NCBI RefSeq assembly: GCF_040938485.1
Contig: NW_027271682.1
Coordinates: 3,658,001-3,722,000 of the forward strand
DNA length: 64,000 bases
Origin: Diadema antillarum
Lineage: Eukaryota
Direction: 5' to 3'
Under the pieces are notes generated by a model. The model saw only the letters and a list, made by a program, of their open reading frames with translations, searched no databases and was not told where the DNA came from. The stretch's first letter is position 1, and every line of letters begins with the position of its first letter. Made by a program: the position numbers and the translations under genes. Shown here piece after piece: positions 1 to 13,803 of the stretch.

Positions 1-66
1 TATTGGACGAGAGGAAATTGAGTGGGAGAGGTGTGTGGGAGGGGTGGATGATTTTTGACAAGGGAA

Positions 67-97
67 GACTGACTGACTGACTGACTGTCTGACTGAC
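67..97. repeat. (GACT)n microsatellite
   Basis: gactgactgactgactgactgtctgactgac. Confidence 0.9.
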
Positions 98-2629
98 CGG
101 ACAGAAGATCCATTCTCGTTGGGAAATATTGCAACAGTAAAAATCACTATGTTCAAACTTTTCATTTGAATTGCAGCAACCAAAAAATTCAGCTATGGTA
201 CTTTAGAAATATTGCAAGTTTTTATGGCAGGAAATACATCTGTGGCCGAAAAAAAAAAGGAATGAAGAAATACTAAAATTGTATATTTTTTATTCATTTT
301 TTTATTTGCAAGTCATGCCTTGCTAAGTGGAACTGAGAGGGGAAAAATAGAAGTGATATTAAGAGCCTTTCTGGTTTTGTAATGTCATTGTTTGATGACT
401 GCCCCTGGAAGATATGGTTTGGGCAAGGGCCATCTTTATTCCCGACCCCCTCCCTCTCCGAAATTTCTTTTTTTCCAAATAGGATTCTGTCCCATGAAAC
501 TACAATGTCACTTAACACACATAAAGGTCATTGCTTCTTTGTTCAATTCCCTTCTAGTTTCTATGTCTACTAGGTAAGATATGGAAGGAAGGTTAGTAGG
601 AGGCTTTGGAGGAGTAGAGATATCTTGGAATCAAAACAAGAAATATTTCTATTTCTGCCTGTCATTTCCAGTGGAAGTTTGTGTGCTGGGTGTCAGTAGA
701 CTTGCTGTGATGTAGGCAAAACTATGGGGGGGGGGGGGGATGTACACTTGTATGTCACACATTCTTGATCTTATGTGAGCAAATGACAATGTGTAGGAAA
801 CGATTCAAGCAAATGGAAAGGGATTTTACATGATGACATTCTTTGGTCGAACTTATGAAAAAATTGAGGATGATGGTAGTGTGGCCAAAGAAATGAGCTC
901 ATGAAAAGCTATAATCACTGCTACGGGGCATCATTGAGCTTGTTGTGATGGTCGTTTGTTAGCGTAGTGTATGTTTAGCCAGGAAATAATGCCATGGAAA
1001 CAACACAACAAATGTAGACACATGAACATTAAAATCCAAGGTAACTAGTCGACTGTGAGCAACACTACTGTTAAAGCAATTAGCGAGAGTAATAATGTAA
1101 ATGTACTGACATAGTCAAGGTCAGTTGAGTTTATCTGGCAAGCACGTTTTTGGCATAGCCTCCTTTTTGGTCATAAATGCATGGATACTGCAGTGTTGTC
1201 ACACACACCTGGGTGCTCGTGTCTGTCAAAAATAAAAAAAGCTCATTTTACCCGTTCCTAGCTAGCTGTGAAAATTTACAGCTCTTGGCAACTTGCAAGG
1301 GAGACTTGAGCATAAATCATAAATGTAAGTCACAGACTTTCTTTGACATGTTCTTTATATATCCTTATATTCGGAGATATGCCACTGATCAATATCTTCA
1401 ACATGCTGTAACACTTTCAGCTTTTGGTGTCTGCTTTCATTAAAAAAAAAAAAACTATGTTTAGTGGATATATTTTGCAAGAAAGCATTATCATTTTCAC
1501 TAATATGATCTACATTATTTTTGACGAGATCAATGCCCGATACCCTATGAGACCTCAGGAAACACAAATAATAATCAAGGAGAAGGAGATGGATTGAGAG
1601 TAAAGGATAACGATCATGCATATATTTTTGCTTATTTCATGTTATGAGCTCCACTTTTTAGTACATGCTATGATAGTATATTGTCATATGACTCTTGATT
1701 GTGCCTGTGTGATCTGATAGGCTTGTGTGAAAATAAAAAAACCCATTATATTCCTTTTGTATGTATGGCCTATATTACATTTATTTGGATCCAGGCATGG
1801 CGTCTATTGAAGCTAAATTGGAATGAGAGATACAGAAGAAAGAGACAGATAGAAAGATAGAGATAGAGAGAGAGAGAGATTAAGTGAAAACAATAATATC
1901 TATTTGTGCTAGCAAGATTAGTGCAAGAGCAGAACACGATGATTGTCACTTGTGTGTGACCTACAATATGTGAAATTGGATCCATGCATGATATTCATCA
2001 AAATAAAAAAATGAAAATGAAGTGCAGGGAGAGATTGTGGGTAAGTGAGAACAGTGATATATATTTATTCATCTCATGAACCTCTGTTTTCAGTACAGTG
2101 AGCCAAAAGTACAGCATGACTCATTTAATTCTACTGGTATTGCTTTCCTTAGAAGGTTGGTGCACTCTAGTCATTATGGCTTGTTGATGATCAGGTCTGC
2201 CTTGTGGTATCATAGACCTCATTAGACTGGGAAGGACGAGAGAATAGAAATGAGTTAAGTCTAGTAAAACCCTTCGCTACTGTAGGTCTAGGCATTGCAT
2301 TTTTGTGGGCAAGAGCCAAAAAATACAAAGCAAATTATCAAATTCAGTGATATTATGCCCGTCTATCCAAGTGATAGGATTAAAGAGCCTATGTCATGAT
2401 TTCTTAGGATCATGTTGCATTTGACACCTCATTCATACACACAGCTGGGCCCATAAGCGCTTCTGAAGCACGTCGACTTATGCCCCTCTGTTCTGTTCAT
2501 ACAGAGCTTCACCGCTCGCAATGACCACTACACGAAGTGGCTGAGAGGGGCATAACTGTCATGGTAACCTTTGTATGCATGGGAACTTTGAATATGTAAA
2601 CTGTATGCGAAGCGTGTGCTGCATACCAC

Positions 2630-3330
2630 AAAACAAATCAATAGATGTGCTTGACTCTCTTAAAACAAATCAATAGATGTGCTTGACTCTCTTAAAACAA
2701 ATCAATAGATGTGCTTGACTCTCTTAAAACAAATCAATAGATGTACTTGACTCTCTTTAAACAAATCAATAGATGTGCTTGACTCTCTTAAAACAAATCA
2801 ATAGATGTGCTTGACTCTCTTAAAACAAATCAATAGATGTGCTTGACTCTCTTAAAACAAATCAATAGATGTGCTTGACTCTCTTTAAAACAAATCAATA
2901 GATGTGCTTGACTCTCTTAAAACAAATCAATAGATGTGCTTGATTCTCTTTAAAACAAATCAATAGATGTGCTTGACTCTCTTAAAACAAATCAACAGAT
3001 GTGCTTGATTCTCTTTAAAACAAATCAATAGATGTGTTTGACTCTCTTAAAACAAGTCAAGAGATGTGCTTGACTCTCTTAAAACAAATCAATAGATTCG
3101 CTTGATTCTCTTTAAAACAGATCAATAGATGTGCCTAATTCTCTTAAAACAAATCAATAGATGTGCTTTACTTTCTTAAAACAAATTAATAGATGTATTT
3201 GACTCTCTTAAAACAAATCAATAGATGTGCTTGACTCTCTTAAAAACAAATCAATAGATGTGCTTGACTCTCTTAAAACAAATCAATAGATGTGCTTGAC
3301 TCTCTTTAAAACAAATCGATAGATGTCCTT
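2630..3330. repeat. Minisatellite, 32-33 bp unit AAAACAAATCAATAGATGTGCTTGACTCTCTT, about 21-22 head-to-tail copies
   Basis: Directly visible tandem array with few substitutions and no spacers. Confidence 0.97.
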
Positions 3331-4329
3331 ACACAATGACCTGGGTCAGACGTTAAATATGCCACCATTGCTGTTGGTCAAAGGTCACTTTGCCTGTCCA
3401 GCATTTCGGAAATGAGACCCCTGACCCCAACCACCATAAGGCATCCCAGGGATCCACTTCTCATGGGGCTGTATAGATTGGTTATCAAATAAATGCTCAG
3501 AATAAAAAGGGATATATCCTGGTCAAATTCTTTGAGGCCATTATTTTCGGGAAGCGCTCATCACAGGGGTCCAGTTGTCCATCGTCCATTAAGTGGCCTG
3601 AAGTGGACATCGGATACACAGCCCAATATGTGCACCACATGGCTGCTGGTATTGACGTTCCTCTCAATTTAGGAAAACTTTTTGCTAATTCTGCAGGAAG
3701 TATATCTTTTTAACTGGGCCTTGTGGTTTTCCAGCAACTCTACTGAGCCAAACGGTTGTGTGCGATGGAAGACGTATTGTAGTATATATGGGTATATGCA
3801 ACAGTAAAAATTTGGAACTTATCATTTCATTCGATTTTTTCTTAAATTATGTGAATTCGTAGGTCGTCTTCCAGTATGCCCACACAAGCATGCTTTCTTT
3901 TCTTGGGAATTTTTGCTTTGTTTCTTGAGGTTGTGTGTGTATGCTTTGGTGCTACTCCCTGGTCAGGGATATATGTTTACATTTTTTATTTGACTTCTAA
4001 TACATTATGGAGGAATTCCCTACACATGACAGGTTAGTATCCCCCCCCCCCTTCGCCCCCCCCCCCCCAAAAAAAAAAAAAAAAAAAAAAGAATCCTGTC
4101 TAGTGGAAGAGACTGTAATGATTAAAGAGTAGAGAATGTATAGCTGAAATATTGACAACAGAATCATAGAATGTGTCACTAGTCAATAAGAGTGATTGTC
4201 TGAATTGAATGGGACACCCGTTGTGTCACTTCCACATTGGATACGATGAGCAGACGGATTGGGTGAATCATGCTGAATGACACATCTCTTTGAGATCAAG
4301 TCACAACTCCATCAAAAGTGAAGTCACAC

Positions 4330-4422
4330 TTAACCCTTTGAGGATGGACTGATTTTGCTACAACATGCATTTCCCATAGACACCTGCCCAAGTATACTCC
4401 GGACTCATCCTCAACGGGTTAA
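4330..4422 (+). mobile_element. 85-bp piggyBac-like MITE, copy 1
   Basis: TTAA|CCC...GGG|TTAA; TIR consensus CCCGTTGAGGACG; TTAA target site on both sides. Confidence 0.85.
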
Positions 4423-7336
4423 CAAAGTTTAACAGAGACCCATGGTAGTGTACCACTCATCTACTAGGTGTCCAAAAATCATCAAGCCAAGTGTATAGTC
4501 ACTCAAACATTCCACAAGCTAGGCAAGGTTCACTCAATCTCCATCAAACATTTGGGGCAAAGGAGAGGCAGAAGAAGGGGGTCCTCTCTCAATGAGTTCC
4601 TTTGGTAGACTGATTCTTTATTCAGAACCTACTGGGTTCTTTTAATTTTAATTCTAAATCATAGACTAACACAAACCAATCAAAATGCTATTTAGAAAAG
4701 AGTGTGACCTGAGGTCAAATAAAAGAACCAATGGAAAGTAAAGATGAGGTTATGATCATGAGATTAAGTAGAACATGAATGGAAACAGAACAAAGGAATC
4801 ATGAAGTGTGGCGGTGAGTGGAAAATAAAGAAGTTACTGGAAAGTATAGACACAAGGAAGGGGAAAGAAATAGGGATGTATGGGAGGCTAAGTGTGAGAA
4901 GAAATTATCTGGAGCATGTATGGAAAATAAACTATATGGAAAGCTAAATGGAAAGTGAATTTATACAAATATATTTTTGGATCAATTTAACACTCTTACA
5001 GTGGGTAGACCTTGGTTGTGTCCTCCTCGCTGTTGCCCAAGATGGAGACTGCTTACATGAAGGGCGGCACTCACTTTGTGTCTGGATGAGCTGATACCAT
5101 TGTTTCCATTCCCCTCTGGGCTGTAAATTGTATATCTTGTATCTCGAGATTCGAGGAGTTTGATTTTTCCGTAGCAGGATCTCCAACGGCCACCCAATCG
5201 ACCGCTGAGAGGGGATGTTTTTCCTGCTTGCAAGTCAATGAACTCTAGCTTAAAAATAAATGTCTCCCGGTCAAACCAAACATATGCGGGATCAAAGGGA
5301 TGGAGATGGAGGATGCTGGTATCGGGGTGGATGAGGCGTCCTCAGCGCCCGTCTCATGCCCCCCTTCGAGTGGGAGAAATCTCAGCCGAGCCAGCCCTGG
5401 AGATGTTGACAATGACATGGCTCCACTTAAGACAGGGTCATTCTTTTAGAGCAACTTAACCCCCTGAATACTGAGACAAAGCCATGCTCTACAATTTGTT
5501 TAGCAAGGAACATATGTTCTTAATGTACCAGTATTTAAAAAAACCAAAAAACTATTCTTTCGTAGGTGTGAAACCGCTCCATATCACCGTGCCATGCATT
5601 TCACAATATATATAAAAATAAATAAAAGTTATGTTTCCAGTATCTGATCTCTTGCACTGCACTCTAAGATTGAACAAAGAAAATAAATGTATAGGACTAG
5701 GTACTTCATGTCAGTACAATTGCATGGATGGCATTTCTTGGCATGAAACCGGTTATTTTCTGTACATACGCATGACCTTTATCACAGTCCTGGAAGTTAC
5801 TGTGATAGATTTATGGATCCAGTAACCTGAACCTCAACTAATTGGAGTGTTTCGTAGGGTTCCACTAGGGTAGTCTTGTTGTTGCAACACTTCCACTGGA
5901 CTAACAAGCAAGAAAAACATCTGATCTGGACTCCGTGCTCCTCAGCTGACCTGGACATGACCTTGGTGTAATTGGGTTGAAATGTCGGGGAGATCCAACG
6001 CTGACTGACGTTCTTACACTTTTCAGCATGGGCCAGATTACCGTTCAAAAAAAGAGAAAATAAGCGGGAGATTGTGAGCCTTAATTTGGTTTACTTACGG
6101 GAGGAGAGGAGTGGGACTGTGCAGCTTGAATTTGTGCGATGATAAGTTCGAAATTAGATTTCTAATCTAGCCATGTCTCGTGTGCCCACTCATCTTCTTT
6201 GTTGACAAATATTTGCCGATAGTGTTGAAAAGGGTTACATGGTTACGGGCCAGACATTTCTCACTCCTTGCCTATTTGAGGAATATAAACCAAGATGTAT
6301 TGATAGAATTGATAGTTCTCAATCAGTCAGAATTATATTCTTGTCTGAAGATAATTTCTAAGTTTCAAGGTTCTAATTGGTATATCAGCTGTGAAGAGAG
6401 TTGAGTATTTCTTTACAGGTCAGATATTTCGTATGCTGAAATATATTTAAAACTATGGTTTTGAACTATTTTAACAGGGAACTTTAAACTGCAATTGAAT
6501 CCAACTGGGTCAAAGCAGAACATCAATACAGGCAAAACAGAATATAAATGTCTGCTGAATGTATTGTTTTTACTAAAACGGGAAAGCAATCAAAAATATG
6601 ATTTTTGTTTGGCGCTCTCCATTTAAAACAGCCCACCTGGTATCTAATTATCCATCATTTGATACAATGTACGCGTGTAAGTTAATGCTGTATGATGTAG
6701 TTAAAATTTTACTACCTTTACCACATAATTCACATAAAGATGTAAATATTTTCAATATTTTGCAGTCAGATTGTAATGGTGTATGTATACATTTTTTTTG
6801 TTGGAAATTGAAAAATAAATGAAATCAAATCAAATCAAGTTAACTTTTCTCCAATGAAATGTATGATGGGGTTGCAAGGGTTCACACAAAAAAGCAAAGC
6901 TTGAAAGCGTGATAATCCTGAAAAAAAAAATCTGTATTTTCTCACTCATCCAATGAAAAAGTTACTGTGAAGGAGTATACATGCATTTTACCCAATACCC
7001 AAAATGAGCAGGTTGTCATGGTAACATGTGTGGAATTTCATTGCAGGTGTATTGGAGAATTTCATGGATTCAGATAACATGCTTCTTTGATCCTTTGTTG
7101 TAGGGTTTTAACACATGTGTTGACAGGTTCATGGTCAGAATCAAGCCACTAAATTTCTCTGATATGTTGCAGAAGTCATTCTCATCAACAGCAGCACTGA
7201 GTTTGCACAGCCAGGAAAGAGGGTGTATAGTGAGGGGGGGGGGGGATGGGAGTCTTGCCATTCTCCCAAAGTTCACTAATGTTTGATTCATGATCATTGC
7301 TAACCTCCTTTTCCCCTTCTCCTCTGTGATCAACAG

Positions 7337-7578
7337 GTCTCCGCAATGTGATGGAGATACCGGCGGGTAGTAGGACCATCAAAGTGACCAGTAAAGACCT
7401 GGGCAGTTCGCTGGGTCTCCACAGCAAGGGGGAAACCAAGGGGCTCAACCAGTTACCCCTGCCGGCGGAGGAAGGCCGGTATTCCTTTGCTGGTAGCATG
7501 GTCTACTACCGGACGTTCAGGAGCGGGAGGGAGCAGATCACAATCGAGGGACCAACGACCAAAGATATCGTGATTACG
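7337..7578 (+). CDS. ADAMTSL1/3: Internal exon of an ADAMTS-like (punctin-type) gene: ADAMTS spacer domain, phase 1 to phase 0
   Basis: Translates (G)LRNVMEIPAGSRTIKVTSKDLGSSLGLHSKGETKGLNQLPLPAEEGRYSFAGSMVYYRTFRSGREQITIEGPTTKDIVIT, containing the spacer hallmarks IPAG..I.V, G.Y..AG...Y and E.I.I.GPT. Branch-like TGCTAAC at 7298-7304, pyrimidine tract, CAG acceptor ending at 7336, donor ACG|GTGAGT at 7579. Confidence 0.93.
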
Positions 7579-8211
7579 GTGAGTGATGGCATTTGTTGTC
7601 AGGTCATAAGTAAAATAAACAAAACAAAACTAAACTAAACTAAAAAAACAAGAAAACAAGGAAGTAAATTACAGGACTCGACCATTGTGGACATGTGGAT
7701 ATGTGGACATGTGGATTCCAAGGGGAGTGCGTGCACATGAGTCATAATCCAGTTGCTTTGAGACATGGCAGTTCACCATAGATTTCTGTGCCTCGGAGAC
7801 AACATTGTTGTCCATAATCAACAAGTTAATCTATTTGCCTGCATCGTTTTCATTTAGTCTAGATTTAATTCCAACATTTATGTGATTATTGTGCATGATG
7901 CCAGTATGGACATAATCAATATTAATGTCTCACACACACACTCACACACATTAATGTATGATTTATAGCTGTGCTCATTGTGTTGTCTTTCTATGAAAGA
8001 GTTATTTTGGTAGTGTTTCAAAGGAACTGCAAAAAGGAAAAAAAATGCCCACGTTTTTGTGATATTATAGCTAATCCTTAATTTCACACAATAAAATATT
8101 TATGACACTAATTGTGCTAGCTTATCGTGAAGGAAAATAAGCTAGCTCCAGGAATTTAGATTATTAATTATGACATGACCGATTTAGGTGCATTAAATGC
8201 CCTCCATCACA

Positions 8212-8777
8212 AGGGCTTTTTACACTTGTGTTTCTTAACCCCGGACTTTCTCTGACCCAGGACTATCGTTAGTCCCGTACCAATTTTTTCAGCTTTTTAC
8301 ACTCGCCAATTAGTCCCATACTATCTCTTGTCCGGGGCTAAGGAGAAAACTGACCTTTTTACACTCGTATTTCTTAGCCCCGGATTTTCCAAACCACATG
8401 AATATTCATAATTACGCTGTGTACTGTACACGTACACGCACGCACCGGCAGCACTTGATTACCTCGTTTCTGATTGGTCAGTGAGGGTCGGACTTCGTCT
8501 CTGTCGCTTAGCCCAGGATTATTTTTTCGTTCTGTTTACACTCACTTGCTTGGCACCGCAATTGCGGTGCTAGCACCGCAATTGCGGTGCTAACCCCTGC
8601 TATTTTGCAGGGCCAGATAGTACCGTACTATCAGTGGGGCTAGCCCACTTTGGCAAAAACGAGTGTAAACAGAAAGTGGGCTAAGGATAGTCCCGTACCA
8701 ACGGTGGGGCTAAGGCCCCCCCTTAGCCCCACCGTTGGTCCGGGGCTAAGCAAAAATTTACAAGTGTAAAAAGCCCC
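8212..8777. mobile_element. About 565-bp MITE, PIF/Harbinger-like
   Basis: TIRs GGGCTTTTTACACTTGT / ACAAGTGTAAAAAGCCC, apparent 3-bp target duplication ACA, many internal TTAGCCCC/GGGGCTAA and TTTACACT subrepeats, CpG retained. Confidence 0.75.
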
Positions 8778-11546
8778 ACATACTTTTTTGGGGTCATAAT
8801 CAGTCCATAGACTATAAACATTGATGATGTAGGTATGACATTCATTGGGACAGAAGACGGTAATGACATCTGTCCCGTCGCCCACTGATCTGGTATAAGT
8901 GGAATGCATCACTGCATTTTTCATCATTTGGTGGAAGCACTTCATTGTCTGGTGTCGGGATCCAGTATTTGATCCATAACTGCATTTTGACTGCTACAGC
9001 TGCTCTTGTCATTTGTTTCACTCCACGAGCCAAAAACTCTTCTTCTTCCAGCTCCTCTCCCTCCTCCACCCCCCCCCCCCCCACCACCATCCTCCCTCCT
9101 TGTTCATCCTGGCTCCATCTTCACCTCCCCCACCTCCGTAATGTCTCCCATGCCCTTGTTCCACATCCTGGTAGCCAAGAGATGTGGAAATATTTGCATG
9201 ACGCGCAGAATGTGGTTGGGTGGGACTGGGAGGTGCGGGCAATTTGTCAATTCCTGAATGCCGCCACTGCGCTCCATCGATGAAGCATCCCAGCGATTGG
9301 TTCTGGCAATAATGGAATCCTGTAGTGGGTATGGGTAAATGCTTCTGGAATGCTTGACATGATGCAGGACCACAGAGATGATGGTGGAATGTTAAATAGG
9401 GAAAGGACTTTAATACTATTAGTGATTTAAAAAAAGGAAGATGTCTCATAAATATTGGTTCTCTACACCATTGAGACACATGAAATATAGATAAACATCA
9501 ATGTAGTATATCCTATTATAGATATTAGTTCCCTTCTGGTCAATGTTTTCTCAGAAACAGCTATCCTAAAAGAGGAACAGTCCTATTTGCAAGGAAATCA
9601 TTCCAAAGATTTACAAGGCATTCAACTGGATTTAAGATGCTCCAGAATACACATGTATGACCATCGCATTGCATAATGCAGGTTTATAAAGATATTTCCC
9701 TCGCTCCCCATTTGTGTTACATCTGTATTCTAATGTGTCAGGACCGTGCTGGGAAGGCAAGCTAATTAACATAAGGAAAGATGAACTGACTTTGTTAAAA
9801 AATTAGAATAAGTCTGCAACCCAGTTTCAGGAGACCTACATTCAAGCAAAGGCTTGACTTGTATTAACGTGTGTTTGGACTTCAGATTTATCAAGCAAAT
9901 CTAGTCTCGGCTTGGTCTCCTAAAATCATCTTGGTGATGACAGGACTGACTAATTCCCCCAGACTGAAGGTTACAAGGAGGAAGACACGGACTTAGCGTT
10001 ATGGCGAAACGATTATGAACTCCCGGAGAAATTGCTTTTGCAGGAAGAGCCCCACTTTATGTTTTGTGTATGGACAAGAAATTTGTCAACTTGTTAAGGT
10101 GGAGAAGTTCTTGACACCTCGTTATCTCACGTATGCATACCGCTGGGAGACGCAAAGCTTTGACCAGAAAAAAAAAGTGTCTGTTGCTCTCACTTGGGAA
10201 ATATTTGTCTTCCTTGAGTTCGAATAGGTAAAGAGCAAGTGTTTCACAGTTGCAAAATTCCAACTTTGAACTGTTTAGATATTTTTAACCCATTGCATAC
10301 AGGCAACTGAAAGATCTGTGTAAACATGGAAGCGGTTTTAGAGTGCAAACATAAAAGTGGTTCCAGAATCTGGTATGGAATGAGTTAATTTCTGTGAAAC
10401 TTTTTTTGTGTGTATGCCTATGTATGTTATAAGCTCTTATGCAGATTCTGATAAAAGTTGAAAATCCTGAAATGAAATAGTTTGATGATAATGCATGTAT
10501 GAGATGGAAAAATGCCAGACTAAGACATATTCCCATCATATAGACATGGCTTGTAGACTTGAGATGTTGGTTATGTACAGGTGAAGTTGACAATACATTA
10601 ATTGTTTCAATGATATTTGTCCGAGTTCCTTTTCATATCAGTCTGGGAGAGACATTAGGAAGTGATGTGAAACTTCCTCTGTGGAAATCATTTCTCTCAT
10701 CTCACGAACTTTCCAAGAGTATGGTGACCCTTTGTTTGTGACAGTGAAATAGACACCCATTAATGTTCCTCATTGTCTACATTTTATGATTTGTTAATGT
10801 AGCATTTGTCTTGATTTGAGTCCAAACAGTGGGATGATGAAAAGTATTAGAAAACAGAGGGAAGAGAAGATGTACGCAACAGAGACATGAGACAGGAGTA
10901 AAAAAAAAATTGATTGCAGATCACCTGCATCACTCCGTTTTCTTTTTGAGTGAAATCCAAGTTTGAAATGTATGCCAACAAAATGGGATATAATATCATG
11001 AATGTGGAGGAATCATCTTTCAACCCCTTTATGTCTTCTTCCTCTCCAACTCATCAACATTTTTCTCCCTTTTCAAACTACACCAGATAAGATAAATGAT
11101 TGTTCATGTTTTGGTATTTGAGCAGACCCAGCTTGGGGCCAGACCCCCCTTTTCCCATCCTATCTCGCCCATTGTCTGGGTTAGAAGGCTCACCTGTCCG
11201 CACCTCAACCCATTTTGTCCTCCAGTTTGTCCTAGGAGGAACATATAGTCATCCCACTCCTCCCATACGTACCCCATCCTCCCTCAGGGATATAGGTCCT
11301 AATCCATCCACTTCTTCAACATTGCTACCTGTCCTCATCCTTCTAGTTCACTCCTCATCTCTCATGTTTACTATCTCTCTATCCCCTCTTTGTCTGTTTC
11401 TTTTTTTTCTCTCTCTTTTCCTCACTCTCCATCTGTTTCATCCCCCTCTCCTCTGTTTCTCTCTTGTCTCTTTATTTCTCCTCCTCTCTCAATTTCTCTC
11501 TCACCCTCTCTCTCCCTGTCTTTCTCCCTTTTTGTTTCTATGTTTG

Positions 11547-11562
11547 TCTCTCTCTCTCTCTG

Positions 11563-11610
<48 letters not shown>
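11547..11610. repeat. (CT)n microsatellite within a roughly 270-bp pyrimidine tract
   Basis: Directly visible. Confidence 0.95.
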
Positions 11611-11613
<3 letters not shown>

Positions 11614-12604
11614 AGCATACTCTGGGTGCATTCATCAACTCACTTCTGGTGTAGAATTAAGGTTTCCAAACAACTTTCAAGGAGTTTTAGGCAGTTGATA
11701 AATGCAAAGCTGTTGTGATTATGGGGTTAGAAACATGTTTCTGAAATGCCCAGAAAAAATGTATTTCAGCCAGAAAACTGTTACTGTAGAGTTGATAAAC
11801 ATGAAGTCGTTTTATCCCTTTCTCCCTTTATTTCCACTCTTGTGCGAAGTAGTACACGTAATGTATATGTTCTCTTGTTTCTGTCTGTAATCATTTTTAG
11901 CTCTTCTTTGAATATTTCTCTCTCATTCACCTTCATCCATTTTCTCTCTTTATCTATCTATCTGTCTCTCTTGCTTTCTCTATCTCTTGCACATACGGAT
12001 GCTCACTACCTTTCTTTCTTTCTTTTCTCAGTGAGACCTACTTGTTGCAAATGTGATGAAAATTAGCTTTGACTTTGATGTGATTGTTTTGAGCCTCCCG
12101 GAGTTCGTTGGATTCTCTCCGAGATGTCGTTTCTGCCCGGGTAATGCCGTAAATCGGGGCTGGTGGACTTTGGGATACATGATCCTTCCAGAGCCCACAC
12201 TCTCTCCTGCAACCTCCTGGCAAGGGACGAATGCACCCATCGGTAGGGGGTTCTGTAAAGATTGCTCCTCTCTCCTGCCAACCATGGGGACATACTTTTT
12301 TTTTTGGGGGGGGGGGCTGTTAGGATGCTCTCATCGGAGACAAGAAGGGCGAATGTTTCTACCTGTGAAATACTACTTAAGGATCCAAAAATGTGAAACA
12401 AATGGCAAGTTGTTTCAAAGCCAACTCTGTTCCGACTGAAAAAAAAAGGAGGTTTGCTGATGTTGAAATGTAAGGAATTCTTAAATGAATGTTGTACACC
12501 TCAATAATATGGAAAGGAAAGTTCAAGCTTCAGAGATTAGCCTTGTCAACAGTCAACTATTTCATCTCATATACCACATTATGATGATCGTGCTGATTGG
12601 CAAG

Positions 12605-12798
12605 TACTGTAAAACGAGGAATGTTCGCGTGCATTTTAATTTCGCGAATTTCGCGAGTGCCAAGATTCGCGAAATTTCTTGTCTACACTATATGCATTGA
12701 ACGCCAGTGGCAATTCGCGAAAATTTCATGCCACGAAAAAGGCCGTCGGCTCCAATTCACAAAAATTTCGTGCCGCGAATATATCATGTTTTACAGTA
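12605..12798 (+). mobile_element. About 200-bp TA-target (Tc1/mariner-type) MITE, copy 1, CpG intact
   Basis: TA|CTGTAAAAC...GTTTTACAG|TA with repeated TTCGCGAA motifs. Confidence 0.85.
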
Positions 12799-13803
12799 AA
12801 TGTCTCCTCTAGTTTCATTTACCTTATATCACTTTCCTGTAGATTTTCTTGAGATTGTGTACCTGACAAATGAAACTTCAAAATTTGTGATGCCCTGTGA
12901 GCAGACTTCACTTTCAGTAGGGATCGTCTCTGCCTGTTGTGAAAGTCACTTTCTACTCTTTTGGTCAATCACAAAAGGTGTGCTCCTCTCTGGGCATTCT
13001 TAAAAAGTTCTTCACTTTGATTTTGACAGTCAAGACTCTTACAATGACAGTCTAACGAGAAATTTATTTGTTCCCGTGCTCTGAAGTGATTTCCCCGAAG
13101 ATAGCAAGGTTTTGGGGATCCTAGCAGTAATTATATTCTTTGAAAGCTGCTCAAGGAGCAGAGAGAAAAGCAAAACTGGAGGAGCATTGGCACTCAGAGA
13201 AAGCGTGCACTTGAAATCTAGCAAGGCCAGAGTCAAAAAGTCAAATCCATTTTAAGTGCCAAGCAATCCTGGAGACAGACAATTGCAGGTCAAAGGCACA
13301 AAAAGGCATTCTTAGACAGGAACCCCCCTCGAAATCTGTCTCCAGCAAGAAATTCCAGAGGCCAATCAAACTATTTGTGTTGCTGCTTTTTTTCTGAAGA
13401 AAAGAAAAAAAAATTGAGGAGAAGAAGGAAAGAAATGCCATGGACTGAGAATCAAATGAAGCATAGAGAGTTACAAAGAAGAGTGGAGTTTGTTGGGGTG
13501 GAACAGAGGAGGCAGGATTTTGGGGGTCTATTGAAGAGTTAAGATGTTCAAGTTCTCTCGGTCCGCGATCCCATTACAAGAGAGATCTCTGACCCAGGAG
13601 ATGCTGTTTCAGAAACAATTTCACTGGCCAACCTGCTTATACTCCCCCACTCTCTTTTTCTCTCTTACTTGCTCTCTTCCACTTTTATAATTTGTGTGTT
13701 TTGCTCTACTCTCACTCTCTCTTCATTCTTATGTCTCTCTCAGGGTGTTCAGATGCAAAAAATTTATACTAGAACAGTATTCTGTAGCTATACCAAAACG
13801 GTA

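Noticed and set aside
2630-3330. 32-bp repeats of CRISPR-like length
   Set aside because: The units are head-to-tail with no unique spacers, no cas genes, and a eukaryotic intron context.
3477-3713. 78-codon stop-free + frame with protein-like composition
   Set aside because: It lacks the cysteine-rich ADAMTS motif (CDG.LGS…D.CGVC.G) expected upstream and has no good splice sites.
8945-9479. Several overlapping ORFs, with a loose HPG..M…W…CQ likeness to a Gypsy integrase zinc finger
   Set aside because: The ORFs are driven by a C-rich low-complexity tract, the HHCC spacing is not met, and no DDE core or LTRs lie nearby.
11100-11718. Longest ORF in the track (171 aa) and overlapping ORFs
   Set aside because: They are products of the CT microsatellite and pyrimidine tract (poly-SL/ER).
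12028-12401. Minus-strand exon-like ORF that could be joined across a T10G11 homopolymer
   Set aside because: It needs a frameshift, has no recognisable domain, and such C-run/A-run junctions recur in clearly non-coding places (about 4030, 40841, 53857).
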